NCBI GenBank assembly: GCA_964255285.1
Contig: CAXUUL010000007.1
Span: forward strand, 1 to 64,000
Source of the DNA: Ionaspis alba
Taxonomy: Eukaryota
DNA: 64,000 nucleotides
Direction: 5' to 3'
The translations under genes were made by a program, and so were the position numbers. Shown in pieces: positions 1 to 10,718 of this stretch. How positions within the stretch are numbered: position 1 is the stretch's first letter; each line of letters starts with the position of its first letter. The notes under the pieces were generated by a model that worked only from the letters and a program-made list of their open reading frames with translations, did no database searches and was not told the origin of the DNA.

Positions 1-264
1 GGTGTGCATCCAGCACACCCTGTCTAGGGAGGCAGGGACGCTCGGGTGAAAGAAGTAGAAGACAGGGGAGGGGAGGGGAATGCTGTTGGTTGTTACTCTA
101 GCCAGGATAGGAATGGAGCTTGTTGTCGTCGTGCCGGTGGAAACCTATGCTGTGACTTAATGAAACGAACCTGTGTATTGTTCATGACACTGGCAGATTC
201 TATTTCGTGCCTCACGCAGCGTTTCGTTGGGTATCTAAAGCCCACTGAAATTTTATACTCTCCA

Positions 265-2055
265 TCAATCCTCGTCCCAATTCGGATTCGGACCCGGTGG
301 TTTCGGCCCCCCGGCCTGCCTCGCCACGATAATTTGATCTACGCTTAGGACGGTCCGTGCCGCCTCGGTGGCTAACTTGATTGCCCATTGCTTGCTGACC
401 AGGAGATCTAATATCCCTTCTTCCTTTGCGTCTAGCGTCCCTGTGCCGTCCTCATTCTCGATATCAACTCCCACCGTCCACTCCTCGTCTTCGTCGTCCG
501 AGCCATCCGTATTATGATGTGCGGTATACAAGGTCGCGAGAACCTCCGTAGCGTCCAGACCTGCTGACTCTGCTAATGTCCGCGGTATCACCTCGAAAGC
601 TTCGGCATACTTCTTGATAGCGTATTGAGCGAGATCCGTCGTCCGCTCGCCAAAAGCCGTAACCCGCTCCACAAGCTGCATCTCCGTGGCACCGGCCCCA
701 GGTACGAGTTTCGCGTCACGAGTGATTGCTTTCACAACGTTGACGCCGTCGTCAACCGCCCGCTCAATATCATCGAGATGGTTCTGCGTGGCACCACGGA
801 TAACTAGTGTAGCGGTACGAGTAGCGTCATTTTCCTGGCGGAAGACGGTGACGCGATCACCGCCAATCTCAAGGGTCTCGACGACGTCGACGTTTCCCAT
901 CTCATCTGGCATCGGAGCACCAAGTCGGGCAAGAGGTGTGGCGCCGACAACCCGGCAAAGCCTGCGGAGTTCAAATTTGGAGAGGACTTTGATGACGAGG
1001 ATGCTGAAGCGGTTGAGATAGTGAAGCGCGAGCTCGCCGACGGTGGAACCGGCAACTACGACACGGAGACCCGAATCGTGCAACTCCTTGATGATGGCCG
1101 AGAGTTGGTTTTCCTCGCCTTTGGTGAAGTCGAGCATTTCTTTGGCGTTGTGCAGAAGAACGGTGCCCTTGGTCTCAGTCTGGCTGATGTCGATGGGACA
1201 GGAGAAGACGCCGACTTTTGCTTTCTTGGCTTTCTTGACTGAGCCGTCGGGCTCGCGGCCGAAGACCATGCCTTTGACTACTTTGCTTTGTTCCAGGCTA
1301 CCGCCCATAATTTTGACCACACGGATATTGTCGACGTTAAAGTTTTGAGGGTTTTTGGGAAGAACGGCAAGAATGGCTTCGGCTACCATGGAGGCAAGGA
1401 AGTCTTCGCTGCCGCTTTGTTTCGAGGCTACCACTGTCCGTATAGCTTTTGCCAGCTCTGTTTGTGATCTCATGTCTCTAACCTCGTCCACTACAAGATC
1501 TGTCTAGGGGTTAATTGAGAGCCTGGTATAGAATTATGAGCCTCAGTAGAAATAAGGGACCTACCATCCAGACATCTCAAAGCTTCTCTCTGTGCCATCT
1601 CGTAACCCTGAACAATATCACTAGCCTTTAGGCCCATCCTTAACAATTCCTCTGCTTTCTTCAGTAACTCTCCGGCCAGCACTATGACCATGTTCGTCGC
1701 ATCCCCCATCTCCGCCTCTTGCTGCTGGCTGGCCATAACTATAAGCTTAGCCGCCGGATGTACGACATCAAGTTCTCGGAGAATAGTTGCAGCATCAGAG
1801 GTAAGGATCATTTTCTGTAGGTGGTTGATGACAATCTTGTTCCGGCCAAACGGACCCAAAGAGGTTTGAACAGTTGAGGCTATGGTCCGGCATGCTTCTA
1901 TGTTGCGTAGGACAGCTCCGTCTTCGGATTCGTAGCTGTTTGGAATGTTAGTCTTGCGCGAACTACGTTTGGTTGCAGATTGTCCCCGAGACCTACTTCT
2001 GGTAGCCTTGCTTGAAAAGCCCACTGTTTGGAGCACTGGGTATGGAGAGAGACAT
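265..2055 (-). CDS. CCT8: T-complex protein 1 subunit theta (chaperonin CCT8), 3 exons (2055-1997, 1935-1565, 1490-265)
   Basis: Spliced start MSLSIPSAPNSGLFKQGYQ-SYESEDGAVLRNIEAC; TSDAATILRELDVVHPAAK, GDATN, VPGAGATE and C-terminal DQIIVARQAGGPKPP..NWDED are CCT-theta hallmarks; GTAGGT..AG introns join ORFs 1993-2190, 1491-2036 and 265-1491. Confidence 0.95.
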
Positions 2056-2453
2056 CTTCGCTCTTAGGTATATGCGGGTATGGAGGAGTATCAAAAGTAT
2101 GTATGATCCAGGAAGCTTTCCGAAATATTTTGAGGCACCACTACGCGAAGCAACGCGACATTTGCATGGTTTGCATACAAGAGCTATCAAAGGCTTTCGA
2201 TTTCATTTCTATCACATGGGAAAGTTATGATTGAGTTGGGCCCTAGTCTTTGACATTTGGTGTTAGTTTGACACGATAGGCTTGAGACTCGAAAGGCTCT
2301 TGGGTACATTTAGCATTCGTTCTCACATATATTGAGACTCCTGTGATCTGAATTCTGTTCGTGAGGTGCTACCACTCATCTATCTGATATATAACCTCTG
2401 TGAAAGCAGGGCCATCTCCCGATCAACAATGGAACTATCATCTTTAATGGCCT

Positions 2454-3493
2454 TCATCTCGGAGCATCCGGCCAGTAAGGAAATCTCCTTGGCATCGATT
2501 CCGCCCCGATCTCGTGTTCCACATGCTTGAGTATCTTCACCATTTCCTCGAATAGCACTTTGTACCCTTTAGGACTGAAGTGCAAACCTGTTCGAACGTC
2601 AGTCTGCTTCTGTGCCCGCTTTCATCGAAACGAACCATCGCGAAGCATATCTCCAAGAATCAAATTTATCGGAACTGCTTTTGATCCTTCTAATTTCTCT
2701 CCTGGCTTCCAACCCGCTTTTGTCATCATCGCAGTCCACAGATCCAGTACCATTACCCCTGTTTCCTTACCAACCTGTCGGCATGCATCTGCGTATTTTT
2801 TTGTGTGCTCGGCTGTCCTCGTCTTCCCCTTGATGCCTTTGAGGGAGTCGGCAGCCTCGGTCTGGTACTCATCGATCGGGGGAGTGGTAATCAGGATGAC
2901 GGTGGGCTTGTGAGCTTGCACCATCGAATGTTTGATGATCTCCGTGAGGTTTTGGGCATACTGATCCAATGGAACATGCTGTCCTGTTGGGCTTGAGGCA
3001 AGACAGGCATCGTTCGCTCCGAAGAATACTACCTACCCACATCAACGCAGTAATTTACACATGGGGTAAGTCTGGTACCAATATGTGGACATGAGCCTGC
3101 TTCGTGCTAGGCATAAAACCAGGCAAGGTCTTGATTGCATTGGCAGTATTGTATCCGCTAAGGGAAGATTCTTTTAGAGTCCTTTACGCTCTTGAAAATG
3201 CTGCAATTACCTAAAGCCTCGATTGATCACATCGAGCCGCCTCATGTAAACTAGGAAACCGCTCAGTCAGACCCGGATCTGACCAGCAACGGACGTGCAC
3301 AGACAGGAATAAGCATTGAGATAACCAGGACGTGATAGACATAGCACGGAAAAGCTGTGGTACGGGAGTTGGACCTACTGTTCTGCAGAGCAGGCATGAA
3401 TGCAAACCCACGCTCCTGGTCTGCCGATTGTTCGGTGATAGAGTCACCAAAAAGAATGATCTGGCCATAAGGACCGATATCCACGTCGTTCAT
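2454..3493 (-). CDS. SGNH/GDSL hydrolase, isoamyl-acetate esterase IAH1-like (multi-exon)
   Basis: Block I ILFGDSITEQ, spliced RRLDVINRGFSGYNT, FFGANDACL and C-terminal DG-LHFSPKGY with the catalytic DxxH split by an intron; stop TGA at 2456-2454. Confidence 0.85.
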
Positions 3494-4341
3494 GTTGTAA
3501 CAGTCCGTTGCAGCAAATCTTCCACCAGTCATGTGTGGAATCTGTCGCTTTGGACCGCAGATACGCTGCCTCAATATCGTCTAGTTATTCCATGAGTTAA
3601 CGGGATGATCATGTACGCGTTCTGGGCCAATAAACCGAGGCTAAGGGCTCTGTCGGGGTAGCGGCAGATGACCCGCAGTCCTACCCCGGGCACCTTTATT
3701 TAGCGACTCCCAAACATCGCTAGGCACCTGAACGGCAACGGCGTGATCCAGTAATCCATACGAAGAAAGGCTTCAAGTGAGACCTCCTCATCTGACACCG
3801 GCCAAGTCGTCACTTCTGTCTAGGCTTCCCACACTCTTAATTGTCGTTTTTAGAGGTCGCTCCTCACTCCTCCTCCTCCTCTTCATCATCATGAGCTGGC
3901 ATATAACTGTGTGCCAGCACTTCGCTTCTTGTGTGGCATGGTCGTGAAACATGCACTGCCTTGTTCCCCATCCTTCAGCTGGCCCAGCTTCCGAGCTGTA
4001 ACCACTGATCGCCTGTTGGAAGCGCAGTCCCGCCACGAACATCTCGAGCTTCCGCCAGAGGATGAACAGGGTCTGAGCAGGCTCAGGCCACATTTGTCTT
4101 CATAGGCATTACTGTGGCACTGCAAACTTGTATCGGGGTCCAAAAGGCATGAGGCGTGCTTATTTTGCTTCACGCTTCTCTCTTTGTCCGACTTTACTGC
4201 ACCCGCCCATCGTTGATTATGCACAAATGCTGCAGTCCTCCCACACTCTTTATTTTGTGTATAGCATTATCACCAATCAAACAACCTCAAATCAACACCA
4301 TCTCGAACTCTCAATATTCTATGCTAGGTCACTAATCCAAT

Positions 4342-7207
4342 ATGCGTAAAGGAAATCATCTTCCCCGGCTCACGTTCGCGTCTATATCTCCCGAGATGCC
4401 ACACTCGAATGGCTCTCACCATCCATCGTTGTCCATGGACGATCAAGAGGAGGATGAAGACATACAGTCGCCCAACGGGCTATACCTACCACCAGCCTCT
4501 CCTTCTGCAACCCGAAGGCTTCACTCCGCGAGAGCGTCAGACTTGAATCTCCGGAGCCGAATGCCTTCGAGGCTGGAACTGGACGAGCGGTCAAGCTTGT
4601 TGGCTTATCCAGATGGCTTTTCAAGAAACTACACAAGCGCACCGAACACATCAAGGCCACAATATTCCAGACGGCAAAGCAGATCTGCCAGTCTGCGTCA
4701 GCCTAAGAATCATAGTCGCTCGAGCTCATGGGGTGTGAGATTGGCTTCTGCCGTCAGCTCCAACTGGGGGAGAAGGACTGATACTGGGTTGTCCGAATCG
4801 AAAGGCTCTCTATTTACAGACGAGCGTGTCTGGTACGATCAATTCACGTCCACGGACTGGGTGCACGACAGTATAGCGGACAATTTCCGTGTACGCGCAT
4901 TGAAATCTCGCAAAGACATACGGGGACGATTAATTGCATGGCTAGACGGAGCAGAAGGCTGGATATTGGTTGCCATAGTAGGATGCATCACTGCCTTTAT
5001 TGCCTATTTTGTGGATGTTACCGAGAATTCAATCTTCGACATCAAGGAGGGCTATTGTAAAGATGGCTGGTATTATAGCAAGAACAAGTGTTGCTTTGGC
5101 GGGGAGGAATGCTCGTCTTGGCGGACTTGGGGAGAAGTCATGAAATTTACCGGTCTTGCAGGAGAAACGATTGATCTCCTGGCATATACCCTCTTTGTTG
5201 TGTTGTTCTCTGTTGCAGCTTGTTGGCTTACCCTGACGACCAAAACTGTGATACCGTCCTCCTTTTCACTTTCTACGCTCGACGAGAACCTTGCAGCAGA
5301 TAGTCAGAAAACCCCGTCCGCAGAGACGACTGCGAACAAGACAGGCATGGGTCCCACTGATGCTCTGGGGGATGCCCAAAAGCCTTCTACGATGATCTAT
5401 TATCCAGCTGCTGGGAGCGGAGTCGCTGAAGTCAAGGTCATACTTAGTGGATTTGTCGTGCATGGATATTTGGGGGTGCAAACCCTGGTTATTAAGACGT
5501 TGGCATTGATCCTGAGCGTTGCTTCGGGTCTAAGTCTTGGTAAAGAAGGTCCGTTCGTGCACATAGCAACTTGCGTTGGTAACATTGCCTGCCGAATGTT
5601 CTCCAAATACAACCACAATGACGGAAAGAGGCGGGAAGTTCTCAGCGCCAGCGCTGCCAGTGGTGTTGCAGTCGCCTTTGGAGCTCCCATTGGAGGTGTG
5701 CTTTTCAGTCTCGAGGAAGTCAGCTACTATTTCCCACCAAAGACCTTGTTCAGGACCTTCTTCTGCTGCATAGCAGCTGCTCTTACACTCAAGTTCCTCA
5801 ACCCGTATGATACCAACAAGATCGTCATTTTCGAGGTCCGATATACCACCGATTGGAAGTTCTTCGAAATGGCTGTGTTTATCCTACTTGGAATCTTTGG
5901 CGGTGCGCTCGGCGCATTCTTCATTAAAGCTTCTCGAATATGGGCGCAAACCTTCCGCCGAATACCCATGATCAAGCGATGGCCGACTCTTGAAGTCATC
6001 CTGGTAGCGACAATCACAGGTCTGCTCAGTTTCTGGAATCGATATACCAAGAAGGCCGTAACGGAGCTACTTTTCGAACTGGCAAGTCCATGCGCTCAAG
6101 ACGGGACTACCGGTCTGTGTCCTCAGAATTCCGACCAAGTTTTGGAAGTCATGCGATATCTGTGCGCTGCGTTCGTGATAAAGAGCTTCCTTACCACCAT
6201 TACCTTCGGTATCAAGGTTCCGGCAGGTATCTATGTGCCATCCATGGTTGTTGGTGGTCTTCTTGGCCGGATCGTCGGTCATGCTGTCCAGTATTTGGTC
6301 CTCTCATATCCCAATTCAGTCATTTTCGGAAATTGTCCTGCGGATGGCGGCTTGGAGAGTTGCGTCACACCAGGTGTCTATGCCTTGGTGGCAGCTGGAG
6401 CGACAATGTGTGGCGTTACTCGTCTCTCTGTCACGCTTGCGGTCATCTTGTTCGAGCTTACAGGAAGTCTTGATCATGTTCTGCCGTTCTCACTATCCGT
6501 CCTAGTTGCCAAATGGACAGCCGATGCATTGGAACCTTTGAGCATTTACGTATGTTTTAAGCACATCCCTTCCTTTCTTTCTCTTGCTAACACATCTACA
6601 GGACTTATTGACGGAAATGAATTCTTATCCCTTCCTTGACAACAAAATTCGACCAGTCTTCACTTCGGAACTAGGCGATATCACTCCACGTGTGCGCAGT
6701 GAGCGAATCATCGACATCTCTTCTTCCCCATTAGTAGCAGCGTCGCACCTACGGCGCAAACTACAATTTCTCCATGATGCCGGTGAACTCGATGGCGGCC
6801 TTCCGATCGTCCGTCACGGTGTTCTTGTCGGCTTGATACCTGCGCCGGATCTCGAGTTTGCGCTCGACAAGCTCGATGATGAAAGTGAAACATTATGCCT
6901 AATGGCTACGATCAATACCTTCCACCATCCAGATGATGAGGAGGAAGAGTATGATCCCACGGATCTCACGACGTACACGGATCCGGTGAGTGTTGATGCC
7001 TGTTATTCTGGACCAGCCGCTGACTCTACTTGACAGGCTCCTGTATCACTGGATATACACTCGCCAATGGATCTCGTGTACCAATGCTTCGTCAAATTAG
7101 GCTTGCGCTATATATGTGTGCTCAGGGACGGTCAATACGCCGGCCTGGTGCACAAGAAAGCGTTCGTCAAATATATAAGAGAGCTGGAGAACAGCGAGGA
7201 GTCCTAG
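4342..7207 (+). CDS. CLC family chloride channel / Cl-:H+ exchanger with C-terminal CBS domains (introns about 6550-6601 and 6986-7037)
   Basis: GSGVAEVK, GKEGP (gating Glu), AFGAPIGGVLFSLEE and GIYVPS motifs; CBS-like tail in ORF 6584-7033 and final exon ...LVHKKAFVKY; start codon uncertain (4342 or 4396). Confidence 0.93.
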
Positions 7208-7501
7208 AGTTCTCTCTCCCCAAAACCTGTTATTATTAACCTCATCAAGTTCGAGCATCTATTCCTGCATTGCAGTGCGAGGTGGCAGAGTCCAGTATTC
7301 AGCATCATTGTTGTTTGAATATTACATTTCCATTTTCCAGTGCCAGAACACCAGCGTATGAATAACCAAAGCCCATGGGCAGGACAATAATCATTGGTAT
7401 AGATCCAAAAGGGGCTTAGACGGCTGCAGAGCCTTATATGTTAGCGCATTATCACAACCAATAATTTTGACTCTGCCGCTCGTTCCCCTGTCATATGGGA
7501 T

Positions 7502-8577
7502 TCATCTATCATTCTCAGCAGTAAGCTCTTTCATCACTCCCCCTTTATCCCTCCTCCTTGCATCCCTCTCCAAAGCCTCGTCAACCACCCTCCCCATCTC
7601 TCTCACCTTAACCGCCGCCACCTCCACACACCTTAGTAATCCCAAAGCATCAGTCGGCACACCCCCCAACTTCGCAATCTGGCAGACCTCCCCCTGCGCA
7701 TTCGCCGTCACCACCACCTCACCCTCACTAACCATGCCCTCCTTTAGCGTCGCATCCACAACAACCACCTCCCCACCCTCGAAAAAAGCCATTGTTACAC
7801 AATAGGGATAATGCAGCATTGCCAAAGGCACAGGCACTCTTTCTTCCGGCGTGTAGATTGTCACCTCCTCCCCTTGGACGCTAACATCCGGCCGGCGAAA
7901 ATGCCGCAAAGCGGCTATCACAGCAACGCAGCTGGCGTCGACAAGGCCCCCGTCATGGTCGAGCACGTGCACGTCGGCGCGTAAGGACCAGCATTTTTGG
8001 CCCGCGAGGATGCAGAGGGATTCGGTGTCGAGGGCGGAGGAGCGGCGGATGGCTTTTTCAAGTAGGCGGGAAAGGAGTGTTTCGGTTTCTGTTTGTCTGG
8101 GGGTTTAGTAAGTTTTTGGTTCGTGTGCACCGGTTGTGTGGGATTGAGGGACTGATGGAATGATGAAGAGTGGACAGGATGGGTGATGGAGATATGTTGG
8201 GGGGGTTGCTTGAGAAGGAGTGGGGAGGTGACGTACCGGCCGACTTCGAAGGCGGGGGAGGCGATGGGGGAGAGCTCGGTCGTGATGGTGAAGATGCCGT
8301 CGAATTTCCGGTCAGGAAAGGGGAGGGAAACTTCGGCGGAGATGCGGGCGAGGACTCTGAGATGGTTGGTCAGTTGGGAGTAATGGTGCTTCGTGTGAAT
8401 GAGCTTAATAGACCTCGTTCTGCCTAATCTGATGTCTGCAAGGCCGTGTTCCTCGCCAAATGTCACTTGGAGCCCGCGGAATGCATCTAGAGCTCGGCCA
8501 TCGAGGCGGGTATTCTCGAGAAGAGCTTCAAGAATGAAAGCGCGCTCGTTGAGAGATGGTTCTGCTTCTCGAGGCAT
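7502..8577 (-). CDS. RRP45: Exosome complex RNase PH-like subunit Rrp45, 3 exons (8577-8414, 8356-8237, 8096-7502)
   Basis: MPREAEPSLNERAFIL..RLDGR; ELSPIASPAFEVGR; HVLDHDGGLVDASC..ALRHFRRPDV; EVCQIAKLGG; ends ELTAENDR. Confidence 0.92.
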
Positions 8578-8783
8578 GATTATGAGCTATAGAAGAGCTC
8601 CACAGAGAGTTTCAGGACATTGTTGTGGAAAGCGCCATGATTTGTGAATATTGACTTCGCCAACGAGGGAACTTTTGTAGATAGGGCTGACATGATCGAT
8701 CGCTAGTTGGGCCAATGCCAAGCAAGGATTCCGCGAATCGAAGTGACCCTCATCCTTTGAATATCACATTCTAGCACATCGCG

Positions 8784-9857
8784 ATGACTACGGGTATGTA
8801 GCATGGCTTTCCATTGAGGGGGTCCTGACTGATAGTCGTACAGCACATCGACCTACATTTGACCCTGTTTGCCACACCCATTCACGAGAAGTAAGAAGCT
8901 GCTTGCTGACCAGCGTAGGCGCGAGGGAAAGAAGCCCTGCGGGGTCCGGCTTACCACCAGCGATTACTCCCAGCACATACACAGCTCAAAACCAGGTGAT
9001 GACCTCGGTCTTCGAAGCTTCTCAAGGCTTATTACTTGTCAGGCAACCAGGGCAAGGTGGAATAGCAGATCCTCCAGTCCGGGATCTACGAGCACAATTA
9101 CTACAAGCAGAAGCTGCTCACTTCTCGAAGACGTCTGGGAAACCTGCGGCGGATGGGGAACAATTGGACGACTCATCGGTCACATCAAAAAGAAAGATAG
9201 AAGGTCCTCGTGGTGAGGATGGAGATGTAGACGAAGACCCGGATGCCAAGAGGAGGCGGATATTGGAAGAGACTCGTGATATAGATGCGGAGTCCGATGC
9301 AGAAAGCGACAGTAGTGAGGAAGACAGGTTTGCTATCTAAGGAAATGCAAGTAGAGGATTCCTGGCGGACTAACTGTCTTCAGCGATGAGGAAGACGAGA
9401 CGGCGAGTCTGCTAAGAGAATTAGAAAAGATTAAGAGGGAACGAGCGGAGCAACGAGAGAAGGAGGAATTTGAGAAAGCTGCGGAAGAGCAGGCAAAGCG
9501 TGAACACGATATCGCCCTGGGAAATCCCTTGCTCAATCCCACCAAGGATTTTAATGTTCGACGAAGGTGAGGATAACGAACTTTTGGATACGGGCAAGGC
9601 TGATGATACTCGATGTAGGTGGGATGACGATGTAGTGTTCAAGAATCAGGCTCGGGGGACGGAGGACAAGAGGAAGAAGGAGTTCGTCAACGTAAGATAT
9701 TCCGCTGCTGAACTGCTGCCGTGTACAGCTGGACTGATAGAGGAACCAAGGATCTGCTGCGTTCGGACTTTCACAAGCGTTTCATGGTACGTACGACATC
9801 TGCGCCTTGTGCCTGGAGCACAGCTGATGTCAAGAACAGAGCAGATATGTCCGGTGA
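8784..9857 (+). CDS. CWC15: Pre-mRNA splicing factor Cwc15/Cwf15 (many short exons)
   Basis: Spliced [86 protein letters not shown]. Confidence 0.92.
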
Positions 9858-10718
9858 CCATGGTATACAGTGGTGACACCATGCTTCAGGCCTTCAAAGT
9901 GGACTGCATGCACAGCGAAGCTGGGTCCTTAGTGTTTGAATTGAAACACGCATGACATTCGTGTCACTTGTCACGGCACTGCCATAAATGAAGTATCACC
10001 GGTGCAACTCACAATGAAAGGGACTCAGAGGACTAGATTGATTACCCAGCTGATTTGATACGCCCACGACACCTTCCATGAGCCCAGACCGTCTGCGAAT
10101 ACTGCGCGCCTGCTAGCCACGAAGCAAAGAATGATCTCTGCTTGCTCCACGGTCGGCGGCTTGCCGAAATCTATCCCTGATCCGATGAAGTTAATAGCAG
10201 CGATAGGTTCCTTTAGATGCATTCAGCTAGCGAAGGACAGTGGGTCCAGCTTGGATGGTACCTGTTTGGCGATCGGTCCCACGGGCTGCAAGTCGTGCAT
10301 CACCCTGCTGTGCGATGATGTCGTCGTGGCTGTCGGAAGCGGGGTTTTCTACCATTGATTGTGGTACAGAAACCAAAGGTGCAAAGTTGCAAGCTGCTGC
10401 AACCAATAATCGAAAGCACATGCAATCGAGGGATGGTCAGCCGAAGCGATCCATACCAGACCAGATCCTGCTTCTGTGGGTTATTTGTTGACTTTGGAAG
10501 AGAGAAACTTGGCACAAGCTGGCGGGTATGACGATGGGCTAAACCTGATGGGGATCGTTCATCTGGATCCCTGTCCCAGAGCTCCATAAAGACACCCCGC
10601 CATCCACCCCACTATCCTTCCATTCTCACTCATCTGAACAAACCACATCGATTCTTCGTCACTCACAATATTCAAAGTCAATTGAACAGCTCCAGCAATC
10701 AGGCAGAATCAATTTAAA

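Noticed and set aside
2108..2128. Heat-shock-element-like GAAgcTTTccGAA upstream of CCT8
   Set aside because: Middle unit mismatches TTC and a single imperfect match is not distinguishable from chance
3251..3378. Long intron in the esterase gene as a snoRNA host or stwintron
   Set aside because: No C/D boxes, clear H/ACA pattern or nested donor found by eye
3788..4224. Overlapping 100-aa ORFs between the esterase and CLC genes
   Set aside because: No recognisable motif or coherent exon chain; probably promoter or UTR
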